Assembly (NCBI GenBank): GCA_029557215.1
Contig: JAKPQQ010000215.1
Coordinates: forward strand, 3,875-67,874
Source of the DNA: Fibrobacterota bacterium
GTDB taxonomy: Bacteria > Fibrobacterota > Fibrobacteria > UBA5070
DNA: 64,000 bases
Direction: 5' to 3'
Part shown: in pieces, positions 30,406 through 38,954 of the stretch
Numbering within the stretch: position 1 is the stretch's first letter
Layout of the letters: every line of letters starts with the position of its first letter
Program-made: the position numbers and the translations under genes
The notes under the pieces: model-generated
Database searches by the model: none
Told to the model about the DNA's origin: nothing
What the model saw: the letters and a program-made list of their open reading frames with translations, nothing else

Positions 30406-32370
30406 ATGGCGCGTCTTCTTCCGGAACATCCCAGCTGCAGCGTGTCGCCCATGGTCGCCAGGGTGCACAGGCTAGTGCAAGCCCTGCCCGAGCGGTTCTT
30501 CGCGTGGTCGCCCGTGGTGCGGGAAGGTTCCGACCTCCCCGATTTCTGGGTGGTGGAAGAAAAGACCGGGCGATGCGTCCATCTGGTGGTGTCCGACGCC
30601 ACCGAGGACCAGGCGCGCGGCCCGGGCCTGTTCGAGGCGGCGGAGGCATGGAGACCGCCGTCGGAGACGGAATCCGCACGCGTGGAACGCGTCAAGGATC
30701 GCCTTGGCGAAGACGCCGGCGCGGGCGCGGTGTTGTTCCCGGACATTCCCGCCGACATGCTCGACAAGAACATCGGGGGGTGGCCCCGCGCCGGTCGCGA
30801 AATCTGTCGACCGGCCGCGTTCACCGACTGGATCGACGCGCAGCTGGGCCAAGCGCTCGATCCCGAACGCTCGCGAACGATCCGCTCCCTGTTCTGCCCG
30901 GAAACCGTGCTGCACAAACGCCACGCGATGCGTCGGAATCCGTCAGAACCCGATGTTCCGCGATTCTTGACCTGGAAACAGGAAGAAATCCTGAAGACCG
31001 ACCTCGATCCGGGAGCGGATGGTCGCCAGGCCGCCGGGGATTTCGGGCTCCTGGTGGTGCAAGGGGTGGCCGGGAGCGGCAAGACCCTGATCCTTTTGCA
31101 CCGGGCCCTGCTGCTGTCCAAACTCCGGCGCGAAAGCCGCATCCTGGTGCTCACCTGCAACAAGCCGCTCCAGGTGGAACTCCGACGGCGGTTCCAGGAA
31201 TTGTCGGGAAGATCGGCGTCGGTGGAGATCCTGACGTTCCATGGATTCTGCCTCAAGCGCTGGCCGGGCGAAGACCGCCCCCGCGTCCTGCAGGCCTCGC
31301 TGCGGCGATCTCTCCTGGACGAATCGCTCGCCACCCTGCGACGCCCGCTTCTGATGCGCCGGCACCTGGAGGAGGAACTCGCCTGGATCTTCGACAACGG
31401 ATTCCAGGACGAAGACACCTACGCGAAATCGCCGCGTCGGGGCCGCGGATTCCGGATGGACGCAGAACTCCGCGCCGGAATGTGGACCGCCGCGAACCGG
31501 TTCCGGACCGAATGCGCCAAGGAGAAGGCCGCCGATTGGAACCTGCTCCCGTTGTTGTTCCGCGAAAGCGCCCAGGGCAAGGAACTCGCGGGCTACGACG
31601 CGATCCTGGTCGACGAGGCGCAGTTCTTCGCACCGGTCTGGTTCGATTGCCTGCGAGCGTTCCTCGCGCCACGCGGCCACCTGTTCCTGTCGGCCGATCC
31701 CACCCAGGGGTTCCTCCGCAAAGGGACCTCGTGGAAATCGGTGGGGCTTTCCGTCCACGGCAGATCGCGGCGCCTGGAACGCAGCCACCGGTCCACGCGC
31801 GCCATCATGGAGCTCGCCTGGCGGGTGTGGAGCACCCGCGCGGAGGCGACGGATTCCGACATCGTGGTCCCCCGGATGGAAGGGATGGGGGACGGTCCCG
31901 CTCCGACGTGGTACCGCTTCCCCGACGTCCGTTCGGAGTTCGCCTGGATCGAAGACCAGGTGGCCGGCTTCCTGGACGGCGGCGGAGCCCCCCGCGACAT
32001 CCTGGTGCTGCACGACGACTGGAACGGAGCCGCCGAACTGCGCGAACGGCTGGAATCGCGCATCGGTGCCGATCGCATCGCCGACGCCCGCGACGGATCC
32101 AAGCCGCAGGCCCTGCGCGTGTGCCAGCTCAACGCCGCCACCGGCCTGGAAAGCCCCGTGGTGTTCCTGTCGGGAACCCAGAGGATCTTCGAGCGGGAAG
32201 GATCTCCGGAACTGGACGAAGAAGCCCGCTCGCAGGCGCGCGACGAGGCCACGCGCAAGATCTACATGGCCCTCACGCGCGCGGGATGGCGCCTGGTGGT
32301 CACGAGCACCGGCCCGCTGCCGCCGGAAATCGTCCAGTGCTTCGGAGCGAACCCTCCGACCGGAGGCTGA
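30406..32370 (+). CDS. UvrD-like SF1A helicase with degenerate NERD-like N-terminal region
   Basis: 'LTWKQ', 'VQGVAGSGKT', 'LVLTCNKPL', 'TFHGF', 'LVDEAQFF', 'ADPTQ', 'LERSHRST', 'TGLE', 'YMALTRA'; N-terminal 'PDFWVV' and 'AVLFP'. Confidence 0.8.
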   Translation: MARLLPEHPSCSVSPMVARVHRLVQALPERFFAWSPVVREGSDLPDFWVVEEKTGRCVHLVVSDATEDQARGPGLFEAAEAWRPPSETESARVERVKDRLGEDAGAGAVLFPDIPADMLDKNIGGWPRAGREICRPAAFTDWIDAQLGQALDPERSRTIRSLFCPETVLHKRHAMRRNPSEPDVPRFLTWKQEEILKTDLDPGADGRQAAGDFGLLVVQGVAGSGKTLILLHRALLLSKLRRESRILVLTCNKPLQVELRRRFQELSGRSASVEILTFHGFCLKRWPGEDRPRVLQASLRRSLLDESLATLRRPLLMRRHLEEELAWIFDNGFQDEDTYAKSPRRGRGFRMDAELRAGMWTAANRFRTECAKEKAADWNLLPLLFRESAQGKELAGYDAILVDEAQFFAPVWFDCLRAFLAPRGHLFLSADPTQGFLRKGTSWKSVGLSVHGRSRRLERSHRSTRAIMELAWRVWSTRAEATDSDIVVPRMEGMGDGPAPTWYRFPDVRSEFAWIEDQVAGFLDGGGAPRDILVLHDDWNGAAELRERLESRIGADRIADARDGSKPQALRVCQLNAATGLESPVVFLSGTQRIFEREGSPELDEEARSQARDEATRKIYMALTRAGWRLVVTSTGPLPPEIVQCFGANPPTGG

Positions 32371-32409
32371 CCCGGCGCCGGACAAGGATCCCGGGAACCG
32401 TCGCCGGTC

Positions 32410-33060
32410 CTATGCGGAAAGTTCTGTCGCCAACATCCGCAGCGCCTTGCCGCGATGGCTGAGGGCATGCTTGGTCTCCGACGGAAGCTCCGCGAAGGTC
32501 TTGTCGGACACCGATTCGTCCTGGAGCACCGGAAAAAAGAGCGGATCGTAGCCGAACCCGCCGGTGCCCCGCTCCTGGATCCCCACCCGCCCTTCGCAGA
32601 ACGCGAGCGCCGAATGATGGTGCGCACCCGACAAATCCTGGAAATGGATCGCGCAGGCGAACGCGGCGGCGGTGGTGTCGCCAGGCTTCATGCCGGTGTG
32701 GACCAATCGGCGCACCAGCTCGGACCGGTTGGCTGCATCGCCCGATCCGGCACCCGCCATTTCGGCGAACCGCGCCGAATACACGCCCGGCGCGTCATCC
32801 AGGACGTTCACCGCCAAACCCGAATCGTCGGCGGCCACGGCGTCGGGCATGGAAGCGAGGTCGGCGGTTCGCAACGCGGCCACCGCGAATCCGCATTTGA
32901 GCGCGGCGTTCCCGACAAAATCCGGTTCGGTCTCCTCCGGCTCGGGAACGGCGGGAAGCCAATCGCGGATGGACGCCACGCGCCAACCCAGGGGAGCGAG
33001 GATTTCCGAAAATTCCTGGAGCTTGTGTTTGTTGCCCGTCGCGACCGCCATGGTTTTCAT
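32410..33060 (-). CDS. rdgB: Non-canonical purine NTP pyrophosphatase (RdgB/HAM1)
   Basis: 'ATGNKHKLQE', 'PEETEPDFVGNA.LK', 'ADDSGL', 'PGVYSARF', 'GFGYDPLF', 'KHALSHRGKA'. Confidence 0.92.
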   Translation of the reverse strand: MKTMAVATGNKHKLQEFSEILAPLGWRVASIRDWLPAVPEPEETEPDFVGNAALKCGFAVAALRTADLASMPDAVAADDSGLAVNVLDDAPGVYSARFAEMAGAGSGDAANRSELVRRLVHTGMKPGDTTAAAFACAIHFQDLSGAHHHSALAFCEGRVGIQERGTGGFGYDPLFFPVLQDESVSDKTFAELPSETKHALSHRGKALRMLATELSA

Positions 33061-33306
33061 GGCATGCAAAGGTAGAGCACCACCGACGTAGGAATCCGTC
33101 CGACATGAAATGACCGGTTTCGCCGATGGCAATCGCGCCGCGCGCACCCGATCTTTGGAACCGGAACCTGGCATGCGGATCGTTCGCGACAAGGCCCCGC
33201 TGCCATGCGGGACCGTTTCGCGCCGCACGTCGCGCTCCCGGGCCATCCCGGCCGTGCCGGACGTGGATGCCCACCAATTTCCCACCTCCGGCACGAAGGA
33301 GCTCCC

Positions 33307-35406
33307 ATGATCGGATCGCATAGGAATCGTCGAACCGCAATATCCCTCGGATTGGCCGCCGCCCTGGCCGCGGCGGCAGGTGTGCAAGCCGCTCCGCTGT
33401 TCGCACCTGAGAACGAGAGGGCGCCCTCGATATCGGCCCAGCAATCCAAGCGGCTCGCCAGCCTGCGCAAGGAGCTGGGCAAGAAGATCGTACGCATGGT
33501 CAAGATCGACGTCGACGCGCTCCAAGACAGCACCCTGGAGTTCGGACTCGAAGGCAATTCCATGCGCCGCGCCAAACGCGACCACATCGAGCGGCACAAG
33601 GACGGCGGCTACTCCTGGTGCGGCAAGCTCGAAGGCATCGACGGCGAAGCGGTCATTTCCGTCAACGGAGACGAGATCGAAGGCACCATCCAGGATGGAA
33701 CCAAGCTCTACCAGATCCGCCAGATCGGGCCTGGCAACCACGCCCTGATCGAAGTCGACCAGTCGCAGTTCCCGGAGAGCGGCACACCCGTGGCCAACCA
33801 GGACGACATCGCCCGCATCCGCACCCAGATCGACAACGCGCTGATGGCGATCGGAACCAGCCAGATGGGATCCGACACGTCGATCGTCCGCGTCGCGGTC
33901 GCCTACACGGCCCGTGTCGACAGCCTTCTCGGCGGCGCCACCGCGGTGGCGAACCGGATCAACCAGGCCGTTTCGCTCACCAACCAGAGCTACAGGAACA
34001 GCCAGGTCAAGGCGCGGCTCCAGCTCGCCGGAAGGGTCCGCATGACCTACCGCGAAACCGGCAAGACCTACAGCCAGATGCTGTCCGACTTCCGCGGCAC
34101 CACCGACGGGAACATGGACAACATCCACACCCTGCGCAACTCCTGGTCGGCCGACATCTCTGTCCTGCTGGCCGACATGGGAGGCACCGGCGCCTGCGGT
34201 GTGGCCTACGTGATGGCCTCGGCCACCAGCGCCTTCGCGGTGGTCGACTACAACTGCGCCACCAGCGTCTACACCTTCGCGCACGAGATCGGCCACCTGT
34301 ACGGCGCCCTCCACAACATCGAGGACTCCCCGGCACTCACCCCGTTCGCCTACGGCCACGGGTTCCGCCAGCCCACATGGCGCACGGTCATGTCCTACAA
34401 CTGCTCGCCTTCCTGCCCGCGGATCAACTACTGGTCCAATCCCCGCGTCACTTACGGCGGCGTGGCCATGGGCACCGTCGATCGCCAGGACAACGCGCGC
34501 GTCCTGAACACCACCGCCCCGATCCTGGCGAGCTTCCGCGTCTCCGTGCCCGGCATGTGGCGCTACACGGGAACCCCCTGCACGGGCGGCTCCTGTCCGG
34601 GATGGCAGATGATGGACAACAATCCGAACATCGTGGCCATGGCCGCGAGCACGTCCTACACCTACCAACTGCGCAACAACGGGGCGATCTACCGGTACAC
34701 CGGAGTCCCTTGCTCGGGAAGCTCCTGCACCGGCTGGACCCTGCTCAACAGCACATCCACCAACGTGGCGATCGCCGCCGACGGAACCAACCTGTACCGC
34801 ATCCTGCGAAACGGCGAAATCTGGCGCTACAACGGCAGTTCCTGGCAGATGCTCGACAACAACCCCAACGGCAAGGCGATCGCCGCCTCGGGAGGCAACC
34901 TCTACCAGCTGCACCAGACCGGCGCGATCTGGAGGTTCACCGGCACGGTCTGCAGCGGATCGAGCTGCCCCGGTTGGACCTTGATCCACTCCGGCACCGG
35001 GAACAAGGCCATCGCCGCCGACGGCGCCAGGCTCTACCGCATCGAGAACTCGGGCCTGGTGGCCCGCTACTCCGCCGGCGCCTGGACCACGCTCAGCACG
35101 GCGACCAACAACCGCGACATCGTCGCGGGCGGCGGATACCTCTACGAGCTGAAGTCCAACGGCCAGATCTGGCGCCACAACGGATCGGGTTGGACCATGC
35201 TCGACAACAACCCCGCCACGGTGGCCCTCACAGCCGGTTCCGGCACCAGCCTGTACCAGCTCCACGCCGACGGCAAGGTCTGGCGCTTCACCGGAACCGT
35301 CTGTTCGGGAAGCTCCTGCCCGGGCTGGCAGATGCTCGACAACAACCCGAACACCACCGGCATCGAAGCCGCGGGTTCGGCGCTCTTCCAGCTCCACGGC
35401 AACTGA
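33307..35406 (+). CDS. Secreted reprolysin-like (M12) zinc metalloprotease with C-terminal tectonin-like propeller repeats
   Basis: RBS AAGGAG; signal peptide; prodomain; 'FAHEIGHLYGALH' (HExxHxxGxxH), Met-turn 'RTVMSY', 'WSNP'; repeats 'WR[YF]TGTxCxGxSCPGWQMLDNNPN'. Confidence 0.9.
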   Translation: MIGSHRNRRTAISLGLAAALAAAAGVQAAPLFAPENERAPSISAQQSKRLASLRKELGKKIVRMVKIDVDALQDSTLEFGLEGNSMRRAKRDHIERHKDGGYSWCGKLEGIDGEAVISVNGDEIEGTIQDGTKLYQIRQIGPGNHALIEVDQSQFPESGTPVANQDDIARIRTQIDNALMAIGTSQMGSDTSIVRVAVAYTARVDSLLGGATAVANRINQAVSLTNQSYRNSQVKARLQLAGRVRMTYRETGKTYSQMLSDFRGTTDGNMDNIHTLRNSWSADISVLLADMGGTGACGVAYVMASATSAFAVVDYNCATSVYTFAHEIGHLYGALHNIEDSPALTPFAYGHGFRQPTWRTVMSYNCSPSCPRINYWSNPRVTYGGVAMGTVDRQDNARVLNTTAPILASFRVSVPGMWRYTGTPCTGGSCPGWQMMDNNPNIVAMAASTSYTYQLRNNGAIYRYTGVPCSGSSCTGWTLLNSTSTNVAIAADGTNLYRILRNGEIWRYNGSSWQMLDNNPNGKAIAASGGNLYQLHQTGAIWRFTGTVCSGSSCPGWTLIHSGTGNKAIAADGARLYRIENSGLVARYSAGAWTTLSTATNNRDIVAGGGYLYELKSNGQIWRHNGSGWTMLDNNPATVALTAGSGTSLYQLHADGKVWRFTGTVCSGSSCPGWQMLDNNPNTTGIEAAGSALFQLHGN

Positions 35407-35432
35407 TCCGCTCCTCCGTCGGATCTTCCTTG

Positions 35433-35460
35433 GGCGACCTTCCGGTCGCCTTTTTCGTTT
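35433..35460 (+). terminator. Rho-independent terminator
   Basis: GGCGACC-TTCC-GGTCGCC followed by TTTTTCGTTT. Confidence 0.75.
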
Positions 35461-35562
35461 CCGGTCCAACCGACCGTGCCGCGACCAAGGCTCCGCCCGG
35501 ACACGTGTCGATGCGATGTTTCATGCCCTCGGATTCGGCCAAACGGTTTCTTCCAAAGCTCT

Positions 35563-37896
35563 ATGTTTAAGCACATCTTGAAAACAAATTCCACAGTCGA
35601 GTTTCCGGCACCGACCGCATGGAGCCAATTCTTGTCCTTCGCGCAAGGGCTGCCGTTGGTCGCCTTGCTGCTGCTGACCATGTGGTCCACCAGCAACCTC
35701 GCCGAATCGCCGCGCTGGGGTGGACGACCGAACGGCGCCGGCACGATCCAATCCGTGAAGATCGGATCGCCCTTGCACAAGGCGGGCATCCAACCGGGCG
35801 ATTCGATCGCCGAGATCGACGGGACCCCGATCCCCGAATGGTTCTGGGCGGAAGAACCCGATCTGCTGGAAACTTGGACGCGGCTCGACTCGTTCCATCT
35901 CCTGCAGCGACGATTCGATTCCGCCTGGAACCGCCCGACGATATCCGTCGGAATCCGACGCTACGGCCTACCGAGCACCGCGATCCTGGAATCGGCGAGG
36001 TTCGGGATCCCGGGCGCGATGCGCGCGGCGCTTCCGCTGCTGGCATGCGGATGGTCGTTCGCGCTGCTGGGATTCCTGCTGTTCCGCAAGCGCAAGGATC
36101 GCGTCACCACGCTCACCTACCTGGTGGGGATTTCCACCTGCGCGACTCTTGTCGCGCTGGCTCCCATCGCCGCCCGGGAGGTGGTGGTCGGCGGCGATTC
36201 GCATCTTCTCGGTCTGGCGAACGTGGTCTTCGCCCACGTCGCGACCTGCCTGGCGTTGAACTTCTCCCTCGCGTTCCCGTCCTGGCTTCGACCGTTGGCC
36301 CGCCGCGCCTGGCTGTCCAGGATTCCCTGCGCGCTCGCGACGGTTTCCGTCGCATGCCACATGGCCAGGATCCCCGATTCGCCGAGCCTCCTGCCCTATC
36401 TCCTCCCGTCCCTGTTCGTGGCGCTGTTCATGGCCGTCACGCTGTACCGCCTGGCGTCGAACAAGGACCCGATCGCCAAACCGCAGCTGCAGTGGATCGC
36501 CTTGGCGTTCCTGTGCGGATTGTCTCCGTGGCTCGCGTTCTCGGCGCTGCCCGTCTTCGTGGGCGGCCCGCGTTTGCCGGAAAACGTCACCATGCTGTTC
36601 TTCGCGCTCGCGCCGATCGGCGTCGCGTTCTCCATCACCCGGTACCGCCTTCTGGAGGTCGGGCGCATCCTCGACTGGGTGACGGTCCACTTCGCGCTGG
36701 TGGTCGGGCTTTCGGCGCTGGAACTGGCGGCATGGCGATGGACCATCGGACTGTGGCCCGAATCGCGCCATCTGCAGCAATCCCTCCTGGCGCTGCAGGT
36801 TGCCTTGCTGGTGCTCCTGTACGCGCCCCTGCGCGACATCCTGCTGAGAGGCCTCGCGCGGATCTCGGGCCGCCTGCGGCCTCCGTTCGAACTTACCGTC
36901 AAGGAGTTCCTGACCAGGACGTCTTCCGGCATCGACCCCAGGGGCGCGGTGCAGGGAGCGCTCGCCAGCTCCCTGCACCCGGAAGAGGTCCTGTGGTCCA
37001 CCAGCATCGAGGATCTGCCGCGCGAACTGTTCGAGACGCTGCGTCCCCACCATTCCGGAACGCTCGGCATCGACCTTCCCGGCTGTCCTCCCGGCATGCT
37101 CGCCGCGGCGTGGATCCCGGTGGAAGGTCCACGCGGCCTGGAAGCCCTCGTGCTGCAGCCAAGACAAGGGAAGGCGTGGCGGAGGTCGGATCTGGAAACG
37201 GCCAGCGTCCTGATCCGCACCCTGGAGCCCGTCCTGCGGTCGCAGGCCCTCCAGGAGGAACGCGAAGTCAAGGAGCGCGAACACAAGGAGCAGCGCGAGG
37301 CCGTGCTTCGCGAGATCCACGACGGGATCGGATCGCGCCTGTTCGGGCTGTCCCTCCTGGCCAGCACCCGAGCGGGCGCCGACCCCGATTCGCTGGTCCA
37401 GAAACTGTCCATCATCGAATCCGAAGCCAGGCAGGCGCTCGGCGAGCTCCGCACCGGGATCTCCATCCTGGGGGCGCCGCCGAGGGAGTTCCTCCCGGCG
37501 CTCCTGGAAATGCTGGGGCGGCACGAACGGTTCCTGTCGTGCGCGGGAATCGAGCTCGTCTCCCTGGTCGATTCGTCCGTCGGCGGCGCGCGGCTTTCCA
37601 GCGCGGCCTCCATCGCGATCCTCCGGACCCTGCAGGAAGCCCTGACCAACGTCGCCCGGCACTCCGGAGCCGCCACCGCGAGGATCTCGGTCCGCGTGTC
37701 CGGTGACGACCTGGAAATCGTCCTGGCCGACGACGGGGGCGGGTTCTCTCTTGACAAGATCCGTCTTGGCAACGGCATCCCCGGCATGGCCGCGCGCCTG
37801 GAGACGATCGGAGGCGGCGTCCGTGTGGAATCCGCCCCCGGTCGAGGCACCACGGTCCGGATCGCGGCGCCCCGCGAAAAGGAGACCGTCGCATGA
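35563..37896 (+). CDS. Membrane sensor histidine kinase (PDZ, multi-TM, HisKA_3)
   Basis: PDZ-like 'GSPLHKAGIQPGDSIAEIDG'; about 9 TM helices; 'REIHDGIG', 'QEALTNVARHSGA', 'DDGGGF', 'GNGIPGM', 'PGRGTTV'. Confidence 0.88.
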   Translation: MFKHILKTNSTVEFPAPTAWSQFLSFAQGLPLVALLLLTMWSTSNLAESPRWGGRPNGAGTIQSVKIGSPLHKAGIQPGDSIAEIDGTPIPEWFWAEEPDLLETWTRLDSFHLLQRRFDSAWNRPTISVGIRRYGLPSTAILESARFGIPGAMRAALPLLACGWSFALLGFLLFRKRKDRVTTLTYLVGISTCATLVALAPIAAREVVVGGDSHLLGLANVVFAHVATCLALNFSLAFPSWLRPLARRAWLSRIPCALATVSVACHMARIPDSPSLLPYLLPSLFVALFMAVTLYRLASNKDPIAKPQLQWIALAFLCGLSPWLAFSALPVFVGGPRLPENVTMLFFALAPIGVAFSITRYRLLEVGRILDWVTVHFALVVGLSALELAAWRWTIGLWPESRHLQQSLLALQVALLVLLYAPLRDILLRGLARISGRLRPPFELTVKEFLTRTSSGIDPRGAVQGALASSLHPEEVLWSTSIEDLPRELFETLRPHHSGTLGIDLPGCPPGMLAAAWIPVEGPRGLEALVLQPRQGKAWRRSDLETASVLIRTLEPVLRSQALQEEREVKEREHKEQREAVLREIHDGIGSRLFGLSLLASTRAGADPDSLVQKLSIIESEARQALGELRTGISILGAPPREFLPALLEMLGRHERFLSCAGIELVSLVDSSVGGARLSSAASIAILRTLQEALTNVARHSGAATARISVRVSGDDLEIVLADDGGGFSLDKIRLGNGIPGMAARLETIGGGVRVESAPGRGTTVRIAAPREKETVA

Positions 37897-38534
37897 CCGG
37901 ACTTCCATTGGAAAACCTCGACATCCTCGTCGCCGACGACCACGCGGTGGTCCGCAGAGGGATGCGGCACATCCTGGAGCAGGACGGCGCCAGGGTCGTG
38001 GAAGCCGGCTCCGGGGAGGAATGCCTGGACCTGGTCGGTTCCACGAGGTTCGACGTCCTCCTGATCGACATCTCGCTCCCGCGCAAGAGCGGCCTGGAGG
38101 TGGTGTCCGAACTGCGCGAATCGGGCAGCAAATTGCCGATCCTGGTGGTCAGCATGCACCCGGAAGAAAACTTCGCCCTGCGCGCCCTGAAGCTGGGCGC
38201 CCAAGGATATCTGCCCAAGACGGCCGATTCCGGCGAGATCGTGAAGGCCGTGAAGACCCTGCATTCGGGCAAGCGCTACCTGACCGCGATTTCGGCCGAG
38301 CGGCTCGCGCAATCGGTGGGATCCAGCGATCTCCCGCTCCACGAGACGCTGTCCAACCGGGAGTTCGAAGTGTTCCGCCTGCTGGGATCGGGCCGCAGCC
38401 TGTCCGACACGGCCACCCTCATGGGCATTTCCCCGAAGACCGTGTCGACCCTGCGCGAACGGATCCTGCGCAAGACGGGGTTCACGGGGAACATGGAAAT
38501 CGTGCGCTACAGCCTGGAACACGGCCTGATCTGA
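37893..38534 (+). CDS. NarL/LuxR-family response regulator
   Basis: ATGA overlap; 'LVADDHAVVRRG', 'DISLP', 'SMH', 'GYLPK', HTH 'LSNREFEVF...ISPKTVST.R.RI'. Confidence 0.93.
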   Translation: MTGLPLENLDILVADDHAVVRRGMRHILEQDGARVVEAGSGEECLDLVGSTRFDVLLIDISLPRKSGLEVVSELRESGSKLPILVVSMHPEENFALRALKLGAQGYLPKTADSGEIVKAVKTLHSGKRYLTAISAERLAQSVGSSDLPLHETLSNREFEVFRLLGSGRSLSDTATLMGISPKTVSTLRERILRKTGFTGNMEIVRYSLEHGLI

Positions 38535-38544
38535 CCACCAAAGG

Positions 38545-38886
38545 TCAGATTTCGTCGACCCGCTCCACGAGCGCCGATTCGTCGAGCATCTCCAACACCA
38601 CCGCACCGGGCTCCAGACGGAATCCCACCGTGGCGGAAAGCCCCTCCCCGCGCCGCTCGAGGCTGCACGCGAAGTCCTGCTCCTCGCGCCAGCGCAGCTT
38701 CAGGCGTCCGTGGACGGAATCCGTCCATTCGATCTCGTCGTCGCGGACTTCAAGCCCTCCGCGTTCGCCGCGGCGCGCCTTGCGGTAGGCTTCCAGGGCC
38801 GCGAGCACCACCGGCGCGGCGGCCAACACGGCCTCGCGCGGCGATCCCGACGGGGCGGGAGGGAGAGGGACGGATTTGTGGGTCAT
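38545..38886 (-). CDS. Hypothetical protein (113 aa)
   Basis: ATG-started ORF MTHKSVPLPP...VERVDEI filling the gap between convergent neighbours; no motif recognised. Confidence 0.55.
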   Translation of the reverse strand: MTHKSVPLPPAPSGSPREAVLAAAPVVLAALEAYRKARRGERGGLEVRDDEIEWTDSVHGRLKLRWREEQDFACSLERRGEGLSATVGFRLEPGAVVLEMLDESALVERVDEI

Positions 38887-38954
38887 GGGTGGCAAGATGC
38901 AAACCGGAGCCGGGGACGGATTGTTGGAGGCAACCAGCCGCGCAGCGGGCTCGG

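Noticed and set aside
34555-35400. Nucleotide repeats resembling a CRISPR array
   Set aside because: In-frame protein repeats of the protease tail with wobble-position variation; no constant repeat-spacer structure and no cas genes
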